From: an uncultured Eubacteriales bacterium
GTDB lineage: Bacteria; Acidobacteriota; Aminicenantia; Aminicenantales; Aminicenantaceae
DNA length: 54,286 bases
Direction: 5' to 3'
NCBI GenBank assembly: GCA_964557845.1
Contig: CAZLBV010000240.1
Location: 1-54,286, forward strand
How positions within the stretch are numbered: the stretch's first letter is position 1; the number at the start of each line of letters is the position of its first letter. The notes below the pieces were generated by a model, which was given only the letters and a program-made list of their open reading frames with translations, was not told the DNA's origin and ran no database searches. Below, piece by piece: positions 27,302-37,092 of this stretch. A program made the position numbers and the translations under genes.

Positions 27302-28112
27302 CCGTTTTTTTCGATCTCTCTTTATTCTGCTATTTTTATTATTGGCCAATTTTGCGATACGCTCATTTGCATATGAGATATTCATTTACCGGCCGCTTCT
27401 TCAAAAAAATCCTTTTTCGGAATCCCATAAAATCACGTTACATGGAGAATATTTTGCGCATCTTCAAAATCCAAGCACCTTTCCCAGCTACAATGACCTC
27501 AGCGGCCCTGAGGACAGATGGAATTTCGGTTTTCAAAATAAGATCTATATTCATAGAAATACCCGCTTTTTAGCCCAGCTTTATACGCATGATGACGGAG
27601 ACAAACGGACAAAGTTTGACTGGCACTTTTCGCTTCGTCAGCATATACTTGAAAATCTTGTTTTCATAATTGGACACGACAGCAATCATGATTCCGACCG
27701 GGAAAGTTTTTTAAATGGTAAAAGTTATTTTACCAACCGCAATTATTTAGGGATCGGGATACCATACGAACAAAATGGAGTTTATATTGAGCCGTTCACC
27801 TGGTTTTTCCATCATTCCAATCAGAGAGGCCACCTTGACCTTTCCGGAAATGAGCTGGTTCAGGAATACGGCATTAGAATAGGGATCCATCCGCATAAAT
27901 TCTTAACGTTGAACGGACAGATCATCTCACAATCAGAAGCCTATTTCTCTCTGGGACAGGCGCTGTTGGCTGATCTGATCCTGCGCATACATGTGACTTC
28001 CTACTTAGAGATATCTACAGGAATATCCTTATGGAAGGATATCCAAAAAAGCCGTTTAGGGAAAAAACAAAGATTCTATAAAATTCTATGGGGTATAGTC
28101 ATACCTTTTTAA
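27291..28112 (+). CDS. Hypothetical exported beta-strand-rich (probable outer-membrane) protein
   Basis: Signal peptide, amphipathic strands, HDSNH motif, C-terminal Phe; overlaps receptor stop. Confidence 0.65.
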   Translation: MNFNRFFRSLFILLFLLLANFAIRSFAYEIFIYRPLLQKNPFSESHKITLHGEYFAHLQNPSTFPSYNDLSGPEDRWNFGFQNKIYIHRNTRFLAQLYTHDDGDKRTKFDWHFSLRQHILENLVFIIGHDSNHDSDRESFLNGKSYFTNRNYLGIGIPYEQNGVYIEPFTWFFHHSNQRGHLDLSGNELVQEYGIRIGIHPHKFLTLNGQIISQSEAYFSLGQALLADLILRIHVTSYLEISTGISLWKDIQKSRLGKKQRFYKILWGIVIPF

Positions 28113-28313
28113 TTTTTATGAGCAAGCCGGATTAGTAAATACAATTTTTTATAAATGAATCGTTGATTTTCTATGAACTATTTTTTATCCTGAATTGTTC
28201 TTAGATCTATTGATCTTGATCTCGATGGTGAAAAATGACATCAATATCCGTAGGGAACTCATCAAAACATGGGGAACTCCCAAACTTAACAAATAACAAC
28301 AGTAGGAGGAATC

Positions 28314-30332
28314 ATGCTTGAATCCACCGGACAAATCATTTTTTCTTTGGTGATCATAGCTACCTTTTTTGCCTTTGCTATTCCAGTTTATCGCTATATC
28401 CGAATAATCCGGGCCGGACATCCTGAGGGTCGATATGACCATTTGGGAAAACGCATCTCTCAGGCGTTATCTAAAGTTCTTTTTCAAAGATGCACCCTGA
28501 GGAGCGAGCGGGTATTTTCAGGATTTATGCACGTGTTTATTTTTTACGGAGCCCTCACTTTCGATACCATGACCGTTAACCACACTTTAGAAGGGTTCCT
28601 CCCCAATTTTTATCTTTTCGGTAATGGGGCTTTTGGAGATTTTTTCTCCTTGATCGTGAATATTTTTGCCGTTTTGGTGTTAGTGGGAGTGGCCTTTTTT
28701 GCCTTTCGACGATTTATAATCAGGCCAAAAGCTTATGCCACCACCCCACTTGATTCCGGAATCATCTATGTAGCATTAATCTTTGTTACTTTGAGTTATA
28801 TGTATTTTGAGGTTTTTTCCATAGCCCATCATCCAGGGACAGAACGCCTTTCCTTCCTGGGAGCTCCTATCGCTAGAGCGATAACCGAATCGGGAATGTC
28901 ACCAGCATCGATCAACAACCATTTTCATATTGCCTGGTGGCTTCATATTATCTTTGTGTTTGGATTTATTGCTTATGTTCCCCATTCTAAATATTTTCAT
29001 ATGTTTGCCGGTCCTTTTAACTTGGTCTTTTCTCCCAATAAACCTTTGGGAGAACTCGATGCGATAGATATAGAGAAAGCTGAGACTTTCGGAATCGAAA
29101 AAACCCTTGATTTTTCCTGGAAAGACCACTTGGATGCCTTCGCGTGTATGGAATGCGGACGATGCCAGGATGTGTGTCCGGCTTTTAACTCAGACAAACC
29201 TTTATCTCCAAAAATGATCATATTCAATCTGAGAGAACATCTTAAACAAAACACCGGTAAAATAATTAAAAATCAAAGAGAGGATCTAATTCCCTTAATG
29301 CAAGAAGTATTTACCGAAGGTGAAATCTGGACTTGCACTACCTGCGGAGCCTGTATGTATGTATGTCCGGTAGAGATCGAACATATTCGTAAAATTATCG
29401 GACTTCGGCAGGGACAGGTATTGATGGAGAGTAAATTCCCGGCAGAATTAAACAATTTCTTTAGAAACATGGAAACGAACAGCAATCCATGGGGCATTGG
29501 TTTTGCAGAACGTGCCAACTGGGCTGAAGGCTTGGATGTGAAATTGTTGAGCGAGAAACCGGATGCAGAGTACCTTTTCTGGGCGGGATGCACAGGCTCC
29601 TTCGATGAAGAAGGCAAAAAGATAGCCCGGGCTATGGTAAAGATATTACATCAAGCCGGTATAGATTTTGCGATCCTGGGAACTGAGGAAAAATGCTGCG
29701 GTGATTCTGCTAAAAGATTGGGAAACGAATATTTATTCCAAATGCAGGCCGGTGAAAACATCAACAGCTTCAAAAAATATAAGGTTAAAAAGATCATCGT
29801 GACCTGTCCTCATGGATATCATGTTTTCAAAAATGAATATCCGCATTTATTCGATATCATTCCAGGCCTGTCCTCCGAAGACAAGCAATCTTATTCTGAA
29901 ATCCAAGTGATCCATCATGTCCAATTGATCACTGACCTGATAAAAAATGGGCGACTCTCTTTGGGAAAGACTATCGACAAAAAGATGACTTATCATGACT
30001 CCTGTTATTTGGGGCGGCACAATAATATCATTGAAGAACCTCGATATATCCTGTCCCGGTTAAATCAAAAACCTCTGTCTGAAATGGCCAACAATCGTAA
30101 ACATAGTTTCTGCTGCGGAGCAGGAGGAGGTTTGATGTGGACAGAAGAGAATTTAGGGAATCGCGTAAACCACATGAGAACAGACGAAGTGATCGCCACC
30201 AATGCAGATATCGCGGTGACCTCATGCCCATTCTGTCTGACCATGATCCAGGATGGGCTTAAAGACAAAGAAAAAGAACAGATCAAAGTCAAAGATATTG
30301 CTGAGCTGGTCGCAGAAACTTTAACTGACTAA
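28314..30332 (+). CDS. Membrane Fe-S oxidoreductase (FadF/HdrD-like: NarI-like TM + 2x4Fe-4S + 2 CCG domains)
   Basis: AGGAGG SD; His-bearing TM helices, CMECGRCQDVCP, CTTCGACMYVCP, CCGD, YHDSCYLGR, CCGAGGG, SCPFC. Confidence 0.9.
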   Translation: MLESTGQIIFSLVIIATFFAFAIPVYRYIRIIRAGHPEGRYDHLGKRISQALSKVLFQRCTLRSERVFSGFMHVFIFYGALTFDTMTVNHTLEGFLPNFYLFGNGAFGDFFSLIVNIFAVLVLVGVAFFAFRRFIIRPKAYATTPLDSGIIYVALIFVTLSYMYFEVFSIAHHPGTERLSFLGAPIARAITESGMSPASINNHFHIAWWLHIIFVFGFIAYVPHSKYFHMFAGPFNLVFSPNKPLGELDAIDIEKAETFGIEKTLDFSWKDHLDAFACMECGRCQDVCPAFNSDKPLSPKMIIFNLREHLKQNTGKIIKNQREDLIPLMQEVFTEGEIWTCTTCGACMYVCPVEIEHIRKIIGLRQGQVLMESKFPAELNNFFRNMETNSNPWGIGFAERANWAEGLDVKLLSEKPDAEYLFWAGCTGSFDEEGKKIARAMVKILHQAGIDFAILGTEEKCCGDSAKRLGNEYLFQMQAGENINSFKKYKVKKIIVTCPHGYHVFKNEYPHLFDIIPGLSSEDKQSYSEIQVIHHVQLITDLIKNGRLSLGKTIDKKMTYHDSCYLGRHNNIIEEPRYILSRLNQKPLSEMANNRKHSFCCGAGGGLMWTEENLGNRVNHMRTDEVIATNADIAVTSCPFCLTMIQDGLKDKEKEQIKVKDIAELVAETLTD

Positions 30333-30339
30333 CTCATAA

Positions 30340-30495
30340 GACTTGCACTGAAAATCGAAACGGCCTGGTTTATTTTCGAGTCGAAAGGTTAGGCTGAGCC
30401 GGGTACTGCCACAGCGAGGCCGCAGCCCATGAGATAATAGCTATCTACATTGAATGAGCTCTAAGACGAAATCGGAGCAGTGAGATCAGCGCACA
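30340..30495. other. GC-richer structured intergenic element (candidate ncRNA or REP/MITE-like repeat)
   Basis: Several inverted repeats (GAAAAT/ATTTTC, GGGTACTGC/GCAGCCC, AGATA/TATCT, CACTG/CAGTG) between convergent genes; no U-tract. Confidence 0.35.
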
Positions 30496-30498
30496 AAT

Positions 30499-31530
30499 TC
30501 AAAGCAATATTGATTTCATGGCTTCCACCGCATGATCCACATTCGAATCATCTAGATCCTTATGGGTTACAAAACGAATGCCTCCCTGAGTGGCCAGGGC
30601 CAGAACCCCCAGATTCCTGAGTTTATCAAGAAGTTGAGGAATGGTCATGTCGCTTCGATCAAGATTAAATATGATTATATCGGTTTCAATTAGATCCGGA
30701 TTTAATATGACTCCCGGCAGCCGGTAGATCTCGTGGGCCAGTTTTTTTGCCCTAAGATGGTCCTCTTCTAATCTGTCTATCATTTCTGTCAAGGAGATAA
30801 TACCGGCAGCTGCCAATATTCCTGCCTGACGCATTCCTCCTCCCAAGACTTTTCGAATCCTTCGACTGTAATCGATAAAATCTTTGGATCCGGTCAATAC
30901 CGACCCGACCGGAGCCGACAATCCTTTAGAAAGGCAAAACATCAATGAATCAGCCACAGCCGCATATTCCTTCACAGGGATACCGGAGGCAATACTGGCA
31001 TTGAATATCCTCGCTCCGTCAAAATGAATCCTAATATCATTTCTATCCGCAACCTCTCTGATGGCTTTCAGATTCTCCAAGGGGACAACCGCACCCGACC
31101 AGTTATTATGCGTGTTTTCTACACAGATCAATGATGTTCTAGGGGTATGAACGCTCGCCAGCCTGATACTGTCCTGGATCAGGCCAGGATCCATGGCTCC
31201 TCTATTCGATGTAAGGGGCCTGGGATTCACCCTTGAAACAAAAGTAATACTGGTTGATTCCATGTTGTATATATGGGAACGGTATTCAACAATGATCTCT
31301 TCCAATTCATGCGTCCACGTCTTTACTGCGATACAATTACCCATGGTTCCGGATGGAACAAATAAAGCAGCCTCTTTTCCTATGATCTCAGCAGACATAG
31401 TCTCTAACTGCAGTACTGTGGGATCATCACCCAGAACATCATCTCCTACGACGGCATCCGCCATTGCCTGGCGCATTTTAACTGTAGGACGAGTCACCGT
31501 ATCGCTTCTGAAATCGGATATCTTTTCCAT
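30499..31530 (-). CDS. ltaE: Low-specificity L-threonine aldolase
   Basis: DFRSDTVT, GDDV.GDDPT, SGTMGN, ENTHN, DGARIFNA, CLSKGL (PLP lysine), GGGMRQ. Confidence 0.92.
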   Translation of the reverse strand: MEKISDFRSDTVTRPTVKMRQAMADAVVGDDVLGDDPTVLQLETMSAEIIGKEAALFVPSGTMGNCIAVKTWTHELEEIIVEYRSHIYNMESTSITFVSRVNPRPLTSNRGAMDPGLIQDSIRLASVHTPRTSLICVENTHNNWSGAVVPLENLKAIREVADRNDIRIHFDGARIFNASIASGIPVKEYAAVADSLMFCLSKGLSAPVGSVLTGSKDFIDYSRRIRKVLGGGMRQAGILAAAGIISLTEMIDRLEEDHLRAKKLAHEIYRLPGVILNPDLIETDIIIFNLDRSDMTIPQLLDKLRNLGVLALATQGGIRFVTHKDLDDSNVDHAVEAMKSILL

Positions 31531-31677
31531 GTCTTCACCTCCATGTTTTGTTCGTGTATTATAGTGAATTCCATTCTATACAGCAATCGTATGAAACTTT
31601 TTTACTGTTTACTTGGTTTACGATCTATGGTACAAATATTTTCTATTAAAGATTTCGTCTGTTCTTTATTGATGATC

Positions 31678-32388
31678 ATGAAAAAGGTATATAAATATGC
31701 GTTGCTCATACTTCTGCTTTTAAATACCTTTATAATCAGCGCGTTTTTCTCACATTGTTTTTTCTTGAAAGGAGAGATGGTCAGCGTTCCTGATCTTTTA
31801 GGGATGTCGCTGGACAAAGCTGAATCTGAGTTAGCGGCCAAGAAATTATTTGTTGTCCAAAATGGAGTGAAGCTGCATGAATATCTTGAACAAGGAAAAA
31901 TAATCAGTCAAGCCCCTCCTCCCAATACCAAGTTAAAGATCAATGAAACTGTCAAGATCGTTCTCAGTGCGGGAAAGGAACAAGTCTTCGTACCTAAGCT
32001 TGTAGGTACAAATCTTCAAGACATTAACACTATTTTGGTCGAAAATGAGCTGAAAAGAGGGAGAACTTCCCATGTTCATACACCCAAATATGCTGCCGGG
32101 AAAGTGATCGCTCAATACCCCTTGGAGAATGAGGAAGTCCCGATTGACACCAGGATCAGTCTCTTAATCAGTCAAGGTGAAAAGGAACAAAAATATTTGA
32201 TGCCGGATCTGATCGGAAAGCGAGCTTCGGAAGTAATTGCAAGTTTAAAACAGATGGGATTCAACGTTGGGGATGTTCGTTTTCAACTCTACCGCGGGCT
32301 GGAATCCGGGATTATCATCAAACAAACTCCCCCTCAAGGATTTCGTATCCAGAAAAGAAACTTGATCACTTTGGAGATAAGTAAATAA
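31678..32388 (+). CDS. Triple PASTA-domain membrane protein (no kinase domain)
   Basis: One TM helix, then VPDLLG / VPKLVG / MPDLIG repeats each with I..Q.P; start likely 31672 or 31678 rather than 31543. Confidence 0.85.
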   Translation: MKKVYKYALLILLLLNTFIISAFFSHCFFLKGEMVSVPDLLGMSLDKAESELAAKKLFVVQNGVKLHEYLEQGKIISQAPPPNTKLKINETVKIVLSAGKEQVFVPKLVGTNLQDINTILVENELKRGRTSHVHTPKYAAGKVIAQYPLENEEVPIDTRISLLISQGEKEQKYLMPDLIGKRASEVIASLKQMGFNVGDVRFQLYRGLESGIIIKQTPPQGFRIQKRNLITLEISK

Positions 32389-33056
32389 TGTCTCTTTTAG
32401 CTGCATCTATTTTATCCGCTGATTTCTCCAATATTGCAGATGCGGTTTTCCTGGCTGAAGATGCTGGAGCAGATATTATCCATCTTGATATCATGGACGG
32501 CCATTTTGTACCCAATCTCACTGCGGGCCCGCAACTTGTAGCCTCTATCCGAGAGAAGACGAAGCTTCCCCTTGATGTTCACCTCATGGTAGAAGAACCC
32601 GCGAAGTTCATACCTCTTTTTGCTGAGGCAGGGGCAGATTGGATATCCATCCATATTGAAGCCTCCGTACATCTTCATAAAGACCTTCAATCGATCAAGG
32701 AATTCCATAAAAAAGCCGGATTGGTTCTCAACCCAGCTACTCCTATACATCTTATGAGCGAGATCATCTATGAACTGGACTATATTCTTCTCATGTCTGT
32801 TAATCCGGGATGGGGAGGACAGTCTTTTATCGAATCATGCCATACCAAATTAAAAAATCTTGATGACTGGATCAAATCATTAAAATTAAATGTGTCGATC
32901 GAGATAGACGGCGGGGTGAAATACGATAATCTGGAAAAAATCCTCAGGGAAGGCGCAGATATCCTGGTTATCGGGTCAGAGATCTATAAGGCTAAAGATC
33001 CCCGTGACACTATTGACAGAATAAAAAAATTGATGAAAAAGATTGATAAAAAATGA
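32388..33056 (+). CDS. rpe: Ribulose-phosphate 3-epimerase
   Basis: SILSADF, HLDIMDGHFVPN, DVHLM, MSVNPG, IDGG. Confidence 0.95.
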   Translation: MSLLAASILSADFSNIADAVFLAEDAGADIIHLDIMDGHFVPNLTAGPQLVASIREKTKLPLDVHLMVEEPAKFIPLFAEAGADWISIHIEASVHLHKDLQSIKEFHKKAGLVLNPATPIHLMSEIIYELDYILLMSVNPGWGGQSFIESCHTKLKNLDDWIKSLKLNVSIEIDGGVKYDNLEKILREGADILVIGSEIYKAKDPRDTIDRIKKLMKKIDKK

Positions 33057-34000
33057 AATGTATCGTAACCGGTGCTGCCGGTTTTATCGGATCGCATCTT
33101 TCCCAGAAATTGCTGAAAGAGAACTATGAGGTTTTGGGTATTGATGATTTTCAAGATTATTATCCGAAATGGATCAAAGAAAGAAATATTGCTCCCCTTC
33201 TAAAGCAAAAAAATTTCAATTTAATGCCGGAAAATATAAACTCTCTGGACTCTGATTCCCTTTTGGCAAATCACGACTGTATTTTTCACCTAGCAGCTCA
33301 GGCTGGAGTAAGAAGCAGTTGGGGAGAAAATTTCTCTGTCTATACCCGGAACAACATCGACACCACCCAAAAACTGTTAGAATCAGCCAAAAAAAACGAT
33401 TTAAAAAAATTCATTTACGCTTCCTCATCTTCGGTATATGGTGACTGCCATGATCTCCCCATGAAAGAAAACAGCCCTCTTAAGCCCTATTCACCTTATG
33501 GAGTTACCAAGCTGGCAGCTGAACATCTTTGTACACTCTATTATAGGAATTACTCCGTACCTACTGTATCTCTTAGATTTTTTACGGTCTATGGCCCGGC
33601 GCAGAGACCGGATATGGCCTTCCATAAGTTTTTCAAAGCAGCCTTAGAAGGGAAAAACATCACGATCTATGGAGACGGCTCCCAGACTAGGGATTTCACC
33701 TATATCGATGATATTGTCGAGGCTATTCTTTCCGCATTTCGTTCAGGAAAACCAGGAGAGATCTATAATCTGGGAGGAGGTAAAAATATAATATTGCGGG
33801 AAATATTCCCGTTGATAGAAAATGTTTGTCAAAAAAAAATAACGATCAACCATATAGACAGACAGTATGGTGATGTCTCTCATACCTTTGCCGATATAAC
33901 TAAAGCCAGGAAAGACCTGGGTTTCTCTCCCCGAATCAAATTAGAACAAGGATTGACGGAAGAGTGGAAATGGATACAAAATATATATGGTTTGGTCTGA
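33053..34000 (+). CDS. NAD-dependent nucleotide-sugar epimerase/dehydratase
   Basis: TGAAGFIG, HLAAQAGVR, SSSSVYG, YGVTK, RPDMA. Confidence 0.9.
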   Translation: MKCIVTGAAGFIGSHLSQKLLKENYEVLGIDDFQDYYPKWIKERNIAPLLKQKNFNLMPENINSLDSDSLLANHDCIFHLAAQAGVRSSWGENFSVYTRNNIDTTQKLLESAKKNDLKKFIYASSSSVYGDCHDLPMKENSPLKPYSPYGVTKLAAEHLCTLYYRNYSVPTVSLRFFTVYGPAQRPDMAFHKFFKAALEGKNITIYGDGSQTRDFTYIDDIVEAILSAFRSGKPGEIYNLGGGKNIILREIFPLIENVCQKKITINHIDRQYGDVSHTFADITKARKDLGFSPRIKLEQGLTEEWKWIQNIYGLV

Positions 34001-34015
34001 ATAAAGGAAATAAAA

Positions 34016-34807
34016 ATGAAGAAAACAGCATACTTTGCAGTCGCTATTCTGGTTTTTTCCCTGGGTGGGACAGGGTGCGGGAAAAAACAGGCTGAAATAG
34101 CTCCGGAAATAGCAACCTCAGATGAAGCCTTGTTTGAAATGGGAGAACAATTTATAGAAAAAGACCCTGAAAAGGGCCGTCTTTATCTCAGGCAGGTTAT
34201 AGATTCGTTTCCTAAAAGCATATTTGCCCAAAGGGCAAAATTACTCATTGCAGATTCCTATTTTGACATGGGAGATGAAGGCAGTATGATCATTGCCCGT
34301 TCGGAATACCAGGAATTTATATCGCTATTCCCTTACAGCCCTTCTGCTCCATATGCTCAATATCAAGTCGCCTTGACTTATTTTAAAAAAGCTTTGAAGC
34401 CAGGAAGGGATCAAACTAAAACTAAACAGGCTCTTATGGAATTTCAAAGAGTTGTCTCTAATTATTCCACCAGCGAAGAAGCCGGGATGGCCCGAGATAA
34501 GATCAAAGAATGTGAGGAAAGACTGGCCGAACATAATTTAAGCATCGGAGAGCTATATTATAAAAGAAAAGCCTTTAAAGCAGCAGTAAGCCGTCTTAAT
34601 GAGATATTGACCGAATATCCCAATTTTTCCAGTATGGACAAAGTCTATTTTACTTTGGGAGACAGCTATTACCAATGGAATAAACAAGAAGAGGCCCTTC
34701 CCTTTTTTCGAAAACTTATAACTGATTATCCAGAGAGCAAATATGCAGAAAAAGCTGCCGATAAAATCGAAGAGATCGAAGAATTACAGCAGATCGATAA
34801 GTTTTAA
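34016..34807 (+). CDS. bamD: Outer-membrane assembly lipoprotein BamD
   Basis: Lipobox-like TGC, TPR helices, FI.LFP.S..APYAQY, RDQ..T..A, RLAEH. Confidence 0.85.
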   Translation: MKKTAYFAVAILVFSLGGTGCGKKQAEIAPEIATSDEALFEMGEQFIEKDPEKGRLYLRQVIDSFPKSIFAQRAKLLIADSYFDMGDEGSMIIARSEYQEFISLFPYSPSAPYAQYQVALTYFKKALKPGRDQTKTKQALMEFQRVVSNYSTSEEAGMARDKIKECEERLAEHNLSIGELYYKRKAFKAAVSRLNEILTEYPNFSSMDKVYFTLGDSYYQWNKQEEALPFFRKLITDYPESKYAEKAADKIEEIEELQQIDKF

Positions 34808-34821
34808 TCAGGAGGAAGATT

Positions 34822-35604
34822 ATGCAACTAAAGAAGTTCGGATTAACTATAGTCCTGATCTTTTTCGTTTTTTCAGGGCTGTATGCAGGCCAGGAAAATT
34901 ACACCTATAATAAGACGGATAAATCCGTTGTTATAAAACCAGGTCTTGACTTTGAATATTTTACTCAGAAGGTAGATCTGGAAGACGACGAGGAATATGC
35001 AGATCTTACACTTTATCTTTTTAAAATCAATTGTGAGTTTGAGTTCCAAGGGGGGCTATTCTTGACATTAAACCTTGGATATACTCTAAATGATTATAAA
35101 TCAATTACTTTCCGCGGCCTGCCTATTTCAGTCGAGCTCGATGTGGGAGGTGTCAGCGGATATTTATTCGGAGGCTCAATAAGAAAGACTATTGCTCTTT
35201 CAGGTGATTTTGAGATAGAAGGGCAAGGGGATTTCGTTTATAATTATGGAAGAGAGAAAAGTTGGCCTGTTCCCAGCCTCAGTGTCAAAGGAGAGGTAAC
35301 CGGTAAACCAACCTGGATGAGAATCATGGTGGGCCCGAGAGTTGCTTATAAAGGATTTAATGCATTCGTTCCTTATGCCTCCTTGAATTTCTATAGATTC
35401 TGGGGAACCTTTACGATGGATCAAACTATTGAGGATCTGACCGGCCAAGAAGAGAAAAAGATGTCTGGAAAAAATTTTATAAATGCGGTTTTGGGAACTG
35501 AATACAGCATCTCTGAATCATTACAGATAAAAGGACAGGTTGAATTACGTCCCCATTCAGATATTGATTTCGGATTTCTTCTTGGGATCAGGTATCTATT
35601 TTAA
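34822..35604 (+). CDS. Hypothetical outer-membrane beta-barrel protein
   Basis: AGGAGG SD, signal peptide, amphipathic strands, beta-signal-like LGIRYLF. Confidence 0.7.
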   Translation: MQLKKFGLTIVLIFFVFSGLYAGQENYTYNKTDKSVVIKPGLDFEYFTQKVDLEDDEEYADLTLYLFKINCEFEFQGGLFLTLNLGYTLNDYKSITFRGLPISVELDVGGVSGYLFGGSIRKTIALSGDFEIEGQGDFVYNYGREKSWPVPSLSVKGEVTGKPTWMRIMVGPRVAYKGFNAFVPYASLNFYRFWGTFTMDQTIEDLTGQEEKKMSGKNFINAVLGTEYSISESLQIKGQVELRPHSDIDFGFLLGIRYLF

Positions 35605-35616
35605 CCGGAGAAAAAG

Positions 35617-36972
35617 ATGAAAAAATATAAAGCTCTTTTCATAATATTCATAATATTTGTATTTGCTGCCGACTCATCAGGATTAAAGCAGGATAATGAT
35701 CAAGATAATGAAAAAGGGGGATCAAGATTATTCCCCGGGAAATTCCGTTCTGCCAGATTCTATTCCATTCCGAGAACAACAACCCTACAGTATGCGCCAG
35801 ACCGGATTCTAGTTAAATTCAAGCCGATAGTTTCTGATCAATCTATAAAAGCTGCAGTACAGTTGACCAACAGTCAAATTATTAAAAATATCAGCCGATC
35901 CAATATTTTCTTGATCCGGATACCACCGGAATCATCCGTCGGAGAAATGGTTTTCACCTATCAGCAAAACCCGGACGTGGAATACGCAGAACCCGATTAC
36001 AGGACCCGCATCACCACCACACCGAACGATATTCTGTTTGAATATCAATATGCACTTTTTAACGAAGGCCAGGCGATCGGAGTACCAGGAAGCCCTCAAG
36101 GGAAAGAAAGGGCCGATATTAAAGCGACCGCAGCATGGGAAGAAACAACCGGAGAAGAAGAAGTGATTATTGCTATCGTCGATACCGGAGTAGATCTTAA
36201 ACACCCTGATCTGATCAATAAATTATATTCCAATGGGTATGACTTCGCGAATGATGATGCGGAAGCGGACGATGATCACGGCCATGGCACTCATGTTGCA
36301 GGGATTGCAGCCGCAGAAACCGATAATAATGAAGGTATCGCCGGTGTTGCCTGGAATTGTAAGATCCTTCCAATCAAGGTCATGGATGATGAAGGAGAAG
36401 GATATTACAGCTGGATGATCTCCGGGATAGATTATGCCATACAACAGGGAGCAAATGTCATCAATCTCAGTTTAGGGGGTGATGCAGACTCAGATTCTCT
36501 CAAGAATATCATCAAAGCAGCTTTTGAAAATGAAATTGTAGTGGTTGCCTCTGCCGGAAACGAAAACAGTTCGGTGCTCTTTCCTGCAGCCTATGATGAA
36601 TACTGCCTGGCAGTTGCTGCCTCTGATTATGATGACCTTCGCCCAGATTGGTCTAATTTCGGGACGGAAATAGATGTGGCTGCTCCTGGAGTCAGAATTC
36701 TGAGTTGTATACCGACCTGGTACTGGGGCCCTGGTTCCCTTCCGTATGCTTTCTCCAGTGGAACATCTATGTCTTCTCCCCATGTGGCTGGTCTGGCTGC
36801 TCTGATCAAAGGATTAAAAAATTGGCTGAGTGCCGCAGAAATTATGAATGTTATCCGTTATACCTCAGATGATATTAACAATGGAGAACATCCCGGAAAA
36901 GATGAATATATCGGCTATGGACGGATCAATATGGAAAAAGCTCTGGTGCCGATTAAAATAACAGAAAAATAG
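35617..36972 (+). CDS. Secreted S8 subtilisin-like serine protease
   Basis: Signal peptide, prodomain (ILVKFK...VEYAEPDY), catalytic triad VDTG / HGTHVAG / GTSMSSPH. Confidence 0.93.
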   Translation: MKKYKALFIIFIIFVFAADSSGLKQDNDQDNEKGGSRLFPGKFRSARFYSIPRTTTLQYAPDRILVKFKPIVSDQSIKAAVQLTNSQIIKNISRSNIFLIRIPPESSVGEMVFTYQQNPDVEYAEPDYRTRITTTPNDILFEYQYALFNEGQAIGVPGSPQGKERADIKATAAWEETTGEEEVIIAIVDTGVDLKHPDLINKLYSNGYDFANDDAEADDDHGHGTHVAGIAAAETDNNEGIAGVAWNCKILPIKVMDDEGEGYYSWMISGIDYAIQQGANVINLSLGGDADSDSLKNIIKAAFENEIVVVASAGNENSSVLFPAAYDEYCLAVAASDYDDLRPDWSNFGTEIDVAAPGVRILSCIPTWYWGPGSLPYAFSSGTSMSSPHVAGLAALIKGLKNWLSAAEIMNVIRYTSDDINNGEHPGKDEYIGYGRINMEKALVPIKITEK

Positions 36973-37092
36973 TAGTATAAACTGAATATAGACACAGGAA
37001 TTTTCTTCAATTCGAACTTGGATAGATCGATTAAAAAAAACCACTGACGTGAGTAAATCCCTGAAAATTCCGGGTAAATTAGAGATGAGAAA

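Noticed and set aside
30335-30498. tRNA, hammerhead/HDV ribozyme or riboswitch call
   Set aside because: No cloverleaf or T-loop, no intact CUGANGA/GAAA core, and it lies 3' of both flanking genes
36973-37092. LexA box upstream of recN
   Set aside because: No match to CTGT-N8-ACAG, GAAC-N4-GTTC or GTTC-N7-GTTC
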